64,000 nucleotides of DNA from Camelus dromedarius (Eukaryota), in NCBI RefSeq assembly GCF_036321535.1, contig NC_087472.1:96164001-96228000 (forward strand). The letters run 5' to 3'. The position numbers and the translations under genes are program-made. The notes under the pieces were generated by a model. It saw nothing but the letters and a program-made list of their open reading frames with translations. It searched no databases and was not told the origin of the DNA. Of the stretch, positions 40,063 to 53,800 are shown in pieces (the stretch's first letter is position 1; every line of letters begins with the position of its first letter).

Positions 40063-43000
40063 GTATGTAATTCTTCCATTTGGCCCACCAGTGATGGGTG
40101 TTTTCAGTTTATCCTCCTTTCCAAGGAACTGCTCAAGGGTGTCCCTTATCTGAGTCCAATATGTGACTTCCATTTTGGGCATTAGCCCTAGTGACTTCAA
40201 GTCCATCTCACTTCCTTATTTAGTTTCTGCTTTACCTTTCAATATGGCACCTAGTAGCGCTCAAGGGCAGCTCTGGTCTCTATTTCTATTTCTTGGCCAA
40301 CGTTTGACACCATTTGGTAATCACCGAGTGTCTGCTACTGCAGAGATTGGCTCCGTAGCCCATCCCAGTCTCCCGGTTGGAGATGATGCGCAGCTTGAGG
40401 GTGAGGGTGAAGTGGGTCAGTGGCACCATGGAACTTGTGTTTGCGTTGTAAGACAAAGCTAATGGTGTGTGGATCAACCAGCGGAGGAGGATACAAAAGA
40501 AACGTAGCTGCCTTGGTCTGCTTTTGTTGCCAGGAACTCGTCTTTCATTGGTTGGAAGAGAGAGTGAGAGAAGAGGTAGGATTTGCCCTGCGTCTGTGCC
40601 AAACACGTCCTGATTTCCCCCATTACTCCATGGCATGTACATGCTGGGGTACGGCCAAAAGGTCTTAGGAGGCTGAGGCCGTGATCTGAATCTTACAACT
40701 GAGACAGAAAACATAGATGGGGGTCTCTTGCCTGAATTCTATATAGAATTCTGAGTGAAAATTATGGAAAGGGAAAAGAAAATTCTGGAAACCACCTTGT
40801 ATTCCATTGGTATTTCTACTGTGCATGCACTTTGAGAGTAAATAACCAGTGTTATCAATGGAGGGAATGAGGGTCCTATGAAAGAGTTTAAAAGCTAACT
40901 TTCCTTTTAGAACAGAAAGGAATGATTCCACTTGATTTCCCTGATTTTAAGTAGCCTAGATATCCTATTGTGACATGAGAAGTCTCCGACCAAATCCACT
41001 TCGACTTAATTATTTTATTGATGCGTTGTCACTGCTGCCTCTCTGCTCATTTGAGCTGGTTCATTATAGGATTATCCAAACGTAAAACACTCAATTAGTA
41101 ATAGAAAAAGAATAATGTTTGAGAAGTTAGAAGAGATACTTTGCTCAAACTAGCATCCTCTAAGTGATGATAGAGGTGGCAGTCGTAGTCCAACCATGTC
41201 CTGTTGGCTAAGTCTGAGAGGGGTGGAGGGTTTGCAGGGGGCTGCTTGAGCCCTCGATGACTTCTAGAAAGAGCTCACAAGAGTGGAGAAGCAAAGGGTT
41301 GGGTTCCTTTCCATTTCCCTTGGGTTTCAGCTCAGATCAATTTGATTCATGGGACATTTATTAACATCCCTGTATGTGCACGGTACTCAGGAAGGATGTG
41401 AAGATAAAGCACAGTCTGAAATTTCTCATTAATCTGGTGTGTACCTTAAATAGTTCACATTTTCACAACTGATTTTCAGGCTCTGAGGAAAACAGTTAGT
41501 GGTTTTTAATGATATGATGTAGGCGTTCATTTGTTTACAGGGATTCAGAAGTACATCTCTGCTGAGACGCCCTGGTATGGGACCTCAAGGGGGTAGGTGT
41601 TTTCCCCACCTCCAGTGAGCAAAGGCAGGGACAACCTGACAGACTCGAGTCGTTTCAGGCTCCCAGTGAAGGTGAAATCGTAGCTGGAATTGTTCTAGGG
41701 GAATCCGGTGACAGTGAGCTGAGGTGATTTTTAAGAAATGAAACCCAGCTAAGAGACTGGAGGTTTTTCTTTTTAAAACTTGCTATTAGTGTCAAAACTG
41801 TTATTAACATTAATTTACCATATCAGCCAGACTTAAACGTTAACTTTTTTTTTTCTGTTGACATTAAAAGTACAGGAATAGTTACAAGGATGTTAAACGC
41901 CAAGATAAGTAATTTGCTTTTCATGAATATGCTATTATTATAATAATTCTTTATTTGTGGATTTGGGACTGGAACTCATTTCTTAAAATAGAGGATCTGT
42001 ATTAGCTGCCAATACAGTACAGATACAAATAACCCAAACTTGGAAAGGTACAAAATTTGGTACAACAGGTTTAGCATGTAGCTTATAGTAGGTACTCCAT
42101 AAATATTTCTAGATGAAATGAGTGGATGTGTGATGAAGACCTATTCACAGAACCTTCCGGCATCTGTGAAGGATATGGTGAGGCATAAATCTTCCATGTC
42201 TATATTGATCTGTATGACATCTATAGATAGCTGCATTTCTACACTGATAGCAGTAAATACCCTGAGCCTTTCATTGCTTATGGTGTTGGACAGGGCTTGG
42301 TTACAACTTAGTGTTTAGTGGATCAAATTTAGTAGGCAGACGTGCTTTGCTTGGCTCTCACCGGAGTTTAAAAATTTTCTTTTAGGGAGGGCATGAACCC
42401 TCTAGTTGACAGTATCCATTCCCCACTCTTCCTTGCCGCCACCGCCTCTGACTTGACACCCCTGTGCTGCCCACCTGGCCCCAGGAATGTTTGTGTTTGG
42501 TGCTCGTGGTATAGTCTGAGTCTCCCCCCGTGACCTCATGTTTGATATCAAGAACTATGATAGAAAATCCGAAGCCTTCCACTCTGTCTCTGGGTGGAAG
42601 GTGGTGGTGGTGACGACACGGTGATGAGGTTCCTGTCTAGAAGTTGGATAGCAGGTTAAACTTTTATTTCCCCCAAAGTCCTTTGATGTCTACCCATTTT
42701 AACCACAGAAGAGGGTAGTATTAGAGCTGTGTTATAAAGAAGAAAAGGTCTAGGAAAATTATAAACCTTTCCCGTGGTCTCATAGGAGTTTGGAGGTAGT
42801 GGGATGGAGGCTGGAACCACGCCTGTTTCTCCAGGCCAGCACTGTATCCTTCATGACAGGAGTGGCCCCAGGACACTGGCACTTAGCTTCATTCCTCTGT
42901 GGTCAGGCTGTGACGTTGTGCAGAAATGGGGGTCGGCCCAAATCCCTCCTCTAAGGCTTTGTGACAAAGGCCGTGGCCAAAACGGCACATGAGGCCAGGT

Positions 43001-43064
43001 CTTCTAGATTCAGGACAGGAACCGTCGACTTTCTCCCTAAGGAAGCAGAAATCATCGTGTCCAG

Positions 43065-43550
43065 GGCTGTATTCATTATTAGTGTGTGACAAATAACCCC
43101 AAAGCTTAGTGCCTTAAAAACAAACATTTATTATCTCACACAGTATCTGAGGGTCAGAAGGCAGCTTAGCTTGATGGTTGGGACACAGTGTCTTCTTAGG
43201 AAGGTGGCGATCAAGATGGCAGCTGGAACGGCATTCATGGGGGGCTGCACGAGCCTCCTCCACACTGGCTGTTGACTGGATGCCTCATTTCCACACTCCG
43301 TGGGTCTTTCCACAAGGCTGCCCAAGTGTCCTAACAACATAGCAGCTGGCTTCCTCCAGAGCGAGTGAGGTGGGGGAGAGAGCCCAAGAAAGCAAGCTGT
43401 AGTCTTTTATGACCTCCCATCAGAAGTGCCAAAGCATCACTTCTGCCATGTTCCATTGGTCACACAGACTACTCGTGGTGTATTGTGGAAGGCCCCTACC
43501 CAAGGCTGTGCATACCAGGGGGTGGGACTGTGCTGGCAGCTGGCTACCAT
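43065..43550. mobile_element. MaLR (MLT1-type) solo LTR
   Basis: gtgtgacaaataaccccaaagcttagtgccttaaaaacaaacatttattatctcac...catcacttctgccatgttccattggtcacacag...ggctacca. Confidence 0.7.
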
Positions 43551-43713
43551 GACTGCTTCTGAGAATCTGAAGCACGCAATCTAATTTGCAGTGGCTGTAA
43601 GATTTTCTGTTCCCATTTATTCAGTCTGGTTTGTGGATTGTCAGAGCCCAATATGTTAATTTTCAGTCTCATCATCTACCTCTCTTACTTGATTAAGTAT
43701 CTGCTTGATTCTT

Positions 43714-46700
43714 TTGTTGTTGTTTTTACAATATACTGCACATTAGTTTTAAAATTTACATATATGTACTGTTCATTGTTTTTAAGAACAGTTTAGAGCT
43801 TTAACTTTTAAAAGCTACATAGTTATCAAAGGAATAAAGCCAACCACAAAATAAGAATCAACAGAATGCAGTAATCCAATCATAAAGGGCAGTCAAATGT
43901 GCTTAACATTCAAGAAATCAGTCAACTAAGTTATAAATAATAAGGAGTTCATTTATGTCATTTTTTTTAGATTCCACATAAGTCATCATATGGCATTTTT
44001 CCTTCTCTTTCTGGCTTACTTCACTTAGAATGATGATCTCCAGGTCCATCCATGTTGCTGCAAATGGCATTATTTTATTCTTTTTTATGACAAAGTAGTA
44101 TTCCATTGTGTGTATGTATATATATATATATATACACATACATACACACACACGCACACACACCACAACTTCTTTGTCCAGTCATCTGTCGATGGACATT
44201 TGGGTTGTTTCCAAGTCTTGGCTAATGTAAATAGTACCGCTATGAACACTAGAGTGTGTATGTCTTTTTGAATTATATTTTTCGCCAGGTATATGCCCAG
44301 GAGTGGGATTGCTGGATCAGAGGGTAAGTCTATTTTTAGTTTTTTAAGGAACCTCCATACTGTCCTCCATAGTGGCTGCTCAAATTTACATTCCCACTAA
44401 CAGTGTAGGATTCCTTTTTCTCCACTCTCTCTCCATTATTTATCGTTTGTAGACATTTTAATAATGGCCACTCTGGCTGGTGTGAGGTGATATCTCATTG
44501 TAGTTTTGATTTGCATTTCTCTAACAGTTATGTTGAGCATCTCTTAATGTGCTTGTTGGCCATCTGTCTTCTTTGGAGAGATATCTATTTAGGCCTTCTG
44601 CCCATTTTTAATTGGGTTGCTTGTTTTTTGATATAAAGGTGTATGAGCTGTTTGTATATTTTGGAAGTAAGTCCCTTGTTGGTCATGTCATTTGCAAACA
44701 TTTTCTCCTAATCTGTAGGTTGTCTTTTCATTTTGTTGATGGTATCCTTAGCTGTGCAAAAGCTTTTAACTTTAATTAGATCCCATTTGTTTATTGTTGC
44801 TTCTCTTTCCATTACTCCAAGAGCTGGTTCAAAAAATACATTGCTGTGGCCTCATAGGAGTTTGTTTCTCCTTTTTCATTTCTGATTTTGTTAATTTGGG
44901 CCCTCTCCCTTTTTTTCTTGATGGGTCTGACTAAAGGTTTATCAATTTTGTTGATCTTTTCAAAGAACTAACTTTTAGTTAGACTGATCTTTTCTACTGT
45001 ATCTTTTAGTCTCTATTTCATTTATTTCTGCTCTAATCTGTATGATTTCTTTTCTTCTATTAACTCTGGGGTTGGTTTGTTCTTCTGTCTCCGGCTGCTT
45101 TAGGTGGAAGGTTAGGCTGTTTACTTGAGATTCTTCTTGTTTCCTGAGGTCAACTTGTATCGCTATAAACTTCCCTCTGAGAACTGCCTTTGCTGCGTCC
45201 CAGAGGTTTTGGGTGGTTGTGTTTTCATTTTCATTTGTCTCTAAGTATTTTTTGATTCCCTCTTTGATCCATTGGTTGTGCAGTAGCATATTGTGTAGCC
45301 TCCATGGGTTTGCAGTTTTTGCAGTTTTTTCTTGTAGTTGCTCTCTAACCTTATATAGAGTTGTGGTCGGAAAAATGCTTGGTACGATTTCAATTTTCTT
45401 AAATTTACTGAGGCTAGCTTTGTGGGCCAGCATGTGGTTGATTCCATGTTCCATGTGCACTGGTGAAGAATGTGTATTCTGTTGCTTTCAGAGGGAATGC
45501 TCTATAGATACCAATTAAGTCCATCTGGTCTAATGTGTTATTTAGGGCCTCTATTTCCTTATTGACTTTCTGCCTGGATGATCTGTCCATTGATGTAAGT
45601 GGGGTGTTAAGTTCCCCCACTATTATTGTGTTATTGTCGATTTCTCCTTTTATGTCTGTTAACAATTAATTGCCTTATATATCACAGTACTCCTATGTCG
45701 GCTGCATATGTATTTATAATTGGCATATCCTCTTCCTGGATTGATCCCTTAAGCCTTATAGTGTTCTTTGTCTCTTGTAACAGTTTTAAGATCTATTTTG
45801 TCTAATATAAATATTGCTACTCCAGCTTTCTTTTGGTTTCATGGAGTATCTTTTTCCATCCCCTTACTTTGAGCCTGCATGTGTCTTTAGCTCTGAGGTG
45901 GGTCTCTTGAAGACAGTATACATAGGGGTCTTTTTGTATCCATTCAGCCAGTCTATGTCTTTTGGTTGGAACATTTAATCCATTTACGTTTAAGGTAATT
46001 ATCAATACATATGTTCTTATTGCCATTTTGTTAATTGTTTTGGGTTTTTTTTTTCATATTTGATAGACTATTTTTTTTTTTTAGAGCAGTTTCAGGTTTA
46101 CAGCAGAATTGAGCAGAAAATACAGAGTTCACACATAGCCCTGTCAGTGTGACATATTTGGTACAATCAACGAACCAACATGGACACATTATTTTCAATC
46201 AAAGTCCATAGTTCACGTTAGGGTTCACTCCTGATGTTGCACATTCTATGTGTTTTGACAAATGCATAATGACATGTAGCCACCACTGTAGTATCATACA
46301 GAATAATTTCATTGCCGTGAAAATCCCTTAGTGCTCCATCTGTTCATCCCGCCCTCCCTCCCTCTCCCCAAACCCCTGGAAACCACGATCTTTTTATGTT
46401 TCTGTAGCTGTGCCTTTTCCAGGATGTCATTTGGTTGGAATCGTACAGTTTGTAGCCTTTTCAGACTGGCTTCTTTCATTTAGTAATAGGTCTTTTAAGG
46501 TTCTTCCATGTCTTTCATGGCTTGATAGCTCATTTTTTTTCACTCCACATATATTTTTTAATTTACATATATGTACTGTTCATTGTTTCTAAGAACGTTT
46601 AGAGCTTTAGCTTTTTGAATTTACATAGTTATCAAAGGAATAAAGCCAACCACAAAATAAAAATTAATTCAAAAAGATACATACACCTTGTTATTAACAG

Positions 46701-48949
46701 TAACATTATTTATAATTGTCAAAATATAGAAGCATCCTAAGTGCACATCGATAGTTGAAAAGATAATGCAGATGCAGCATACATATATGTAATGGAATAC
46801 AGCTCACCATAAGAAAGGATTCGTTGCCATTTGCAGCCCTTCATTTACTTTTTTTCACTTGAAAAACCAGAATTTTATAACTGGCATAAAAATTTCCATT
46901 ACATCAAAACCAACAAAATACCTAGAAATAAACCTAACCAAGGAGGTTACCTATACTTAGAAAACCGAAATGACACAAAGAAATGGAAAGATTTCTTGTG
47001 CTCTTGGATTGGAAGAATCAACACTGTCAAAATGGCCACACTAGCCAAAGCAATCCACAGATCCAACACAACCACCATCAAAATACTTGCGACATTCCTC
47101 ACAGAACTAGAACAAACAATTCCAAAATGTGTAAGGAACCACAAAAGACCCCGAACAGCCAAAGCAATCTTTGTAGGTCTTTTTTTCTCTTCCTTCTTTT
47201 TGTTCTCATTTCTTATGGTCTGGAAGTTCCTTTAACATTTGTTGTAAAGCTTTTGATTTCTCCATCAGGTCTGAGCGAGAGCCTTGCTGGATAGAGTATT
47301 CTTGGTTGTAAGTTTCCCCCTTGCATCACTTTAAATATATCCATGCCACTCCATTCTGGCCTGTAGAGTTTCTGCTGAAAAATGAGCTGATAACCTTATG
47401 GGAGTTCCTTTGTATGTTATTTGTTGCTTTTCTCTTGCTAATTTTAATGTTTTCTCCTTATCCTTAATTGTTGTCAGTTTGATGACTATGTGCCTTGGTG
47501 TGTTCCTCTTTGGGTTGATGCTGTGTGGAACTGTCTGCCCTTCCTGGACGTGGGTGACTGTTTCCTTTCCCAAGTTAGGGAAGTTTTTGGTTATCTCTTC
47601 AAAAATTTTCTCAGGTCCTTTCTCTCTCTCTTCTCTTTCTGGGACCCCTATAATAATGTTCCAGAGTTCTCTTAAATGGTCCTCATTTCTTTTCATTCTT
47701 TTTTTTTCTGTTCTGCAGTAGTGATTTCCACCAATCTGTCTTCTAGCTCACTGATTCGTTCTTCTGCCTCAGTCTGTTCTTGATTCCTTCTAGTGTGTTA
47801 CTCATTTCAGTGATTTTATTCTTCAACTCTGGGAATTCTTTGTATTTTCCAACTCTTCGCTAAAAACTTGACTCTCTGCATCTGTACTCCTCTTGAGTTC
47901 TCTGAACATCTTCACCATCATTACTCCAAACTCTTTCTCAGATAAATTACCTACCTCCTCATCACATTTCTTCTGGGAGTTTATCTTGTGGCTTGGCCTG
48001 GGAGATATTCCTTTGCCTCCTCATACCATCTATCTTTCTGTGTGTTTGTGAATTCCTTCCACAGGCTTTGGGATAGTTGTTTCCTTATTTCGAGTATCTG
48101 CCCCTGGTGGGTGAGGCTGGACTAGAGGCTTATGCAGGTTTCCTGGCAGGAGGAGCCTGCCCATTGCTGGGTGAAGCTTGGTGCTGGACCTCTGGTGGGT
48201 AGGACTGTGTCCAGAGGCCTTTGTGGCTTAGGAAGTCTGCTGATAGGTGGAGCCGTGTTTCCACCCTGCATGTTGTTTGGTCTGAGGCTTCCCTACAGGC
48301 TGTTGGGTGGGGCTGGGTCTTGGTGCTAATGGTCCAATCAAGATTTCAGCATCCAGGAAAGCCCATTGCAGATGAACACTCCCGGCATGTCCACCACCAC
48401 CTTTTATGTCCTATGGGTGAGCTACAGCCGTCTCCCACGTCCACAGGAGACCTTCCAAATCCAGCAGGCAGGTCTGGCCCAGGTTCCTATGAAATCACTG
48501 CCTCTGCCCTTGGACCTGGCGCACATGAAATTCTGTGTGTACTTCTCAAGACGGTGAAGTCTCTGTTTGCCCCAGTCCCCGGGGGCTCCCAGAGTTAAGC
48601 CCCTCTGGCCTTCAAAACCAGATGTCCTGGGGTCTCCTCCTCCTGGTGCTGGAATCCTGGGCTGGGGAGCCTGACGTGGGGCTCAGCGCTCACTCCTGTG
48701 GGAGGGCCTCTGCCACTTAACTATTCAGCGCGTGGGTGGCCCAGCCGGGGAGTATGGGGCCCGATTATAATGTGAGCACGCCCTTCCTCCCGTCCTGCTG
48801 TGGTTCCCTCTTTATGTTTCCAGTTGAAGATCTTTTTTGCTAGGTTCCAGTCTTTTCGATGGCTGTTTAGCAGTCAGTTGTGGTTTTGTTGTAGTCACAA
48901 GGAGAGGCGAGCTCATGGTCCTGCCACTTCGCCATCTTGACAGGAAATC
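43714..48949 (-). mobile_element. 5'-complete but internally deleted and rearranged L1-derived element
   Basis: YY1-type caagatggcg at the 5' end (48930-48939). ORF1-like 47331-47696; endonuclease-like 45817-46026, 45414-45665, 44975-45460; ORF2 C-terminus about 43950-44850. TSD tatctgcttgattctt (43698-43713) / tacctgctttattctt (48950-48965). Confidence 0.85.
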
Positions 48950-49639
48950 TACCTGCTTTATTCTTATAAATAGTTGTGACTCATACTCAGAAGAGAGCCC
49001 CTAACCTAGTCAGAGCCGCAAACAGAAGCCTTCCCAACCGTATTGGTATTACTTCTCTTTGAGGAGGTGTCTCTGAAAGACAGGCTGTCTCAAGGGAGGG
49101 GTTCTAAAGGAGATAAATTTTGAAGCTTTGTTGCTATGTCTGAGGCAATTCTGTTTATTTCCAAAATGCTGAGGGTCAAGAAACCAAGATCGGGGATGCT
49201 GACTTCCTAGTGACACTTTGTGTGTGCTCCGGGAATTCAGACATTGCAAACAAAAACAACATTCTATTTTAAACATTAGTACCCAAACCACATACGCTGT
49301 TTTTAAAAAAAATGTTTTCAATGATCTGCCACCATATTCCTTCACTGACTCTGAGACCAGAATCATTTCCTATCTGAAGTGAAACTGGATCTATTCTGTT
49401 TTTTATCTCATGAACACAGACCCTGTCCTGGAGCAACAGGAGAGAATGACCATAAGTCAGGTGCAAATTTTTGATTCGTTCTGGACCACGAACTCCCATG
49501 GCCCCAATCAGTCTAGTGGACCTGTCATTTGCCATCTGATATATGACATTACTTTAAAAAGAAAACACAAAACTTTGATGCTTTTTTCTTTTTAAGAGAA
49601 AACAGATTTATGTGATGAGGTCCAATGCTAATTCTCTCA

Positions 49640-50020
49640 AACTGTACTAAAATAGACAAAATTTACCATTTTAACCATTAAGTGTACAGTTCGCTGGTAT
49701 TACAGACATTCACATCGTTGTGCAGCCATCATCCCCATCCACTTCCAGAGCTTTTTATCCGTCCATATTAAAACTCTATACCTCTGAACTAGTAACTTCA
49801 CACTTACGTGCTCCCCCAGCCAGTCCTCGGGAATCCCCCCTTCACTTGCTGTCTCTGTGAATCTGACTGTTCTAGGCGCCTCAGCGCAGGAGAATCGTAC
49901 AGTACTTGTCCTTTTCTGTATGGCTTCTTTCACCTACTATAACGTCTTCAAGATTCAATAAAATTGTAGCATGTGTCAGAATTTCACTACTTTTTAAAGC
50001 TGAATCATACCCCATTGTGA
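49640..50020 (-). mobile_element. Old L1 (L1MB-like) 3' end
   Basis: aatttaccattttaaccattaagtgtacagttc...attcacatcgttgtgcagccatca...aaagctgaatcataccccattgt. Confidence 0.75.
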
Positions 50021-50640
50021 AAGATTTGCTTATGTTAAAGCAGCAGCCTACACGGCAGCAATCGGATTGAACACGCTTGTAAGAGCCTGCAGGTTGCTGT
50101 GCAGGGCCGTAGACGGCTGGCTGCCATCTTTGCGCGCTCTCTGCCTCACGTCCACTGGCTCGTAACTTCCAGAAAGGATCTTGTACTGTCTGTCGGCAGC
50201 CTGATTTTTGTGACTGCCACTCAGAAGATACCTCTAAATCACGTGGATCTGGTGGCCAGTGGGGCTTATGCTCAGGAGTCCCACAGGCCAGCAACCAACG
50301 GGCAAATCGTTCTCCATCAGCTGCCAGGCCAGCGTACAGTAACGGGGGACAGCCCCGGGACGCGGCCCCTGAGCTGCTCTCCAGAGTTGCAGCCTGAGGG
50401 GCGGGCTTCTAAGTAAAACTACATGTAAGGGCTGACGGATCTTTTCCAGCACACAGGCATGTATGTAAGTTTCTCTCCAGGGGATTCTGGAACTCTGGAC
50501 TGCAGTAGAGACAGAACACGTAGGTACTCTGTACTCTCAGAAACTCTGCGACCCTGGGTTTGCTTCTGCTGCCCAGGGAAGCCTCTACAGTCCCTCTCTC
50601 GGACTCTCTCCCTCCCTCCTCCCTCAGTATGCATCCTTCT
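50020..50640 (+). mobile_element. Possible L1 5'UTR-like GC-rich fragment
   Basis: ctgatttttgtgactgccactcag...ggatctggtggccagtggggcttatgctcaggagtcccacagg resembles laurasiatherian L1 5'UTRs from memory; CpG-richer than its flanks. Confidence 0.4.
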
Positions 50641-50829
50641 GTCTGAGAACCTCTCACTGTGACAAGCTAGGAATGGTGGCTTGTGTCTGAGTCCCTCTCT
50701 CCCCCTCCCTGCCTCTCACAGAAGGAGTGATGCCCTGTAACCAGGACCTCCTCTGCTTTCTTCTCTCTCCTTCCCTGCGTGAATGCATGAATCTGCGAAC
50801 CTCCTCTCCCTGCACCTGTCTGTCTCTCT

Positions 50830-53800
50830 CTCTCTCCCTCGGAATAAATGCTTGTGTCTCAGAACCTCTATATTCTCTCCTATCCCCTTTCCTGAATCTC
50901 TCTCTCTTGGAATGAATGCTTGTGTCTGAGAACCTCTCTCTCCTGTCTCCTCTCCCCTCTCCCCCCTCCCCTCACCTGGTCTCTCTCTCTTGGAATCAAT
51001 GCTTGTGTCTTAGAACCTCTCTCCTCTGCCCTCTCCTAAATCTCTCTCTCTTGGAATGAATGCTTGTGTCTCAGAATATCTCTCCTCTCTCCTCTCCCCT
51101 CTCCCCTCACTCCTCTCTCCACTGTCCTCTCTCGTCTCCCCAGTCTCTCTCTCTTGGAATGAATTCTTGTGTCAGAAAACTACTCTCCTCTCCCCTCTCC
51201 CCTCTCCTGAATCTCTCACTCTTGGAATGAATGCTTGTGTCTGAGAACCACTCTCTCCTGTCTCCTCTCCCCTGTCTCCTCCCTCCTCTCCCACCTCCCC
51301 TCTCCCCTCTCCTAAATCTCTCTCTCTCGGAATCAATGCTTGTGTCTGAGAAAATCTCCCCTCTCTCCCCTCTCTCCTTTCCTGAATCTCTCTCTCTGGA
51401 ATGAATGCTTGTGTCTCAGAACTTGTCTCCTCTCCCTTCTTCCCAGTTTCACTCTCTCGGGATGATGCTTCTGTCTGAGAAACTCTCCCCTCTATCCCCT
51501 CTCCCCTCTGTCTAATCTCTCTCTCTTGGAATGAATGCTTGTGTCTGAGAACCTCTCTCTCCTCTCTCCTCACTCCACTCTCCTCTGTCTTCTATCCTCT
51601 CTCCTGTCCCCAATATCTCTCTCTTGGAATAAATGCTTGTGTCTCAGAATATCTCTCCTCTCTCCTCTAATCCTCTCATCCTCTCTCCCCTCTCCGCTCT
51701 CCCCTCAGTCCTCTCTCCACGCTCCCCTCTCCCCTCTGCCCAATGTCTCTCTCTCTTGAAATGAATTCTTGTGTCTGAGACCTCTCTCCTCTCCCCTCTC
51801 TCTCCTCTCCCATCTCCCAAATCTCTCCCTCTTCGAATAAATTCATGTGTTTGAGAACCTCTCTCCTCTCTCCACTCACCACTCTCCCCAATCTCTCCCT
51901 ATGGAATGAATGCTTCTGTCTGACAATCTTTCTCTGTTGGAATGAATGCTTGTGTCTGAGAAGCTCTCTCTCCTCTCTGCTCTCTCCTCTCTCTTTTACC
52001 CTTTCCCCTCTCCTGATTCTCGCTCTCTTGGATCAATGCTTGTATCTGAGAACCTGTCTCCTGTCTCCTATCCCCTCACTCCTCTCTCCTCTCTACCCAA
52101 TCTCTCTCTCTTGGAATGAATGCTTCTGTCTGAGAACGTCTCTCTCCCGTCTCCCCTCTCCCTTCACTCATCACTCCTGACTACCATTTCCCCAATGAAT
52201 GCTTGTATCTGTGAACCTGTCTCCTTTCCCCTCTCCACTCTGCCCAATCTCTCTCTCTTGGAATGAATGCTTGTGTCTCAGAATATCTCTTCTCTCTCCC
52301 CACTCCCCAATCTCTCTCTCTTGCAATGAATTCTTGTGTCTGAGAACCTTTGTCTCCTCTCTCCTCTCTCCTGCCTCCCCTCTCCCCTCAATCCTCTCCC
52401 CTCGCCCCTCTCTCCACTCTTAACTCTCCACAATCTCTCTCTCTTTGAATGAATGCTTGTGTCTGAGAACTTCTCTCCTGTCTCCTGTCTCCTCTCCAGA
52501 ATTTCTCTCTCTAGGAATCAAAGCTTGTGTCTGAGAACCTGTCTCCTCTCTCCTCTCCTCTCTCCCCTCCTCTCTCCCCTCTCCCCTCTGTCCTCTGTCC
52601 TCTCCTCTCTCCCCTCTCCCCTCTGCCCAATCTCTCTCTCTTGAAATGAATTCTTGTGTCTGAGACCTCTGTCCTCTCCCCTCTCTCTCCTCTCCCCTCT
52701 CCCCTGTCTCCTGTCTTCTCTCTCCTCTCTCCTCTGCCCAATTTCTGTCTCTTGGATGAATGCTTTTGTCTGAGAACCTCTCCCCTCTCTCCTCTCCCGA
52801 ATCTCTCTATCTTGGAATGAATGCTTGTGTCTGAGAACCTGTCTCCTCTCTCCTCTCCCCTCTTCTGAATCTCTCTCTCTTGGAATGAATGCTTGTGTCT
52901 CAGAATATCTCTCCTCTCTCCTCTCTCTTCTCCCCTCTCCCCCTCCTGATCCTCTCTCTTTTGGAATCAATGCTTGTGTCTGAGAACCTGTCTTCCATCT
53001 CCCCTTCCCCTCTCCGGACTCTGTTTCTCTTGGAATGAATGCTTGTGTCTGAGAACCTCTCTCTCCTCTCTCCTCACTCCACTCTCCTCTGTCTTCTATC
53101 CTCTCTCCTTTCATCTCTCCCCTCTCCCAAATCTCCCTCTCTTGGAATGAATACTTGTATCACAGTATATCACTGCTCACTCCTCACTCCCCTCTCCCCT
53201 CTCCCCAATCTCTCTCCCTTGGAATGAACGCTTGTACCTGAGATCCTTACTCCTCTCCCCTCCCCTCTCCCCTCACCCCTCTCCTGTCTCCTCTCTCCCC
53301 ACTGCCCAATCTCTCTCTTTTGCAATGAATTCTTGTGTCTGAAAACCTCTGTCTCCTCTCTCCTCTCTCCTCTCCCCTGTCTCCCCTCTCCCCTCTCTTC
53401 ACTCTCCCCAATCTCTCTCTCTTGGAATGAATGCTTGTGTCTGAGAACCTGTCTCCTCTCTCCTCTGTCCTGTCCTCTCTCCCCTCTCCCCTCTGCCCAA
53501 TCTCTCTCTCTTGAAATGAATTCTTGTGTCTGAGACCTCTCTCCTCTCCCCTCTCTCTCCTCTCCCATCTCCCAAATCTCTCTCTCTTGGAATGAACGCT
53601 TGTATCTGAGATCCTCACTCCTCTCCCCTCTCTCTCCACTCCCCTCTCCCCTGTCTCCTGTCTTCTCTCTCCTCTCTCCTCTGCCCAATTTCTGTCTCTT
53701 GGATGAATGCTTTTGTCTGAGAACCTCTCCCCTCTCTCCTCTCCCGAATTTCTCTCTCTTGGAATGAATGCTTGTGTCTCAGAATCTCTCTGTCCTGTCT

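Noticed and set aside
40063..40185. In-frame read-through after the domain-M exon ([12 protein letters not shown]...)
   Set aside because: A canonical donor follows 40062, the extension resembles nothing I recognise, and open frames of this length are common by chance.
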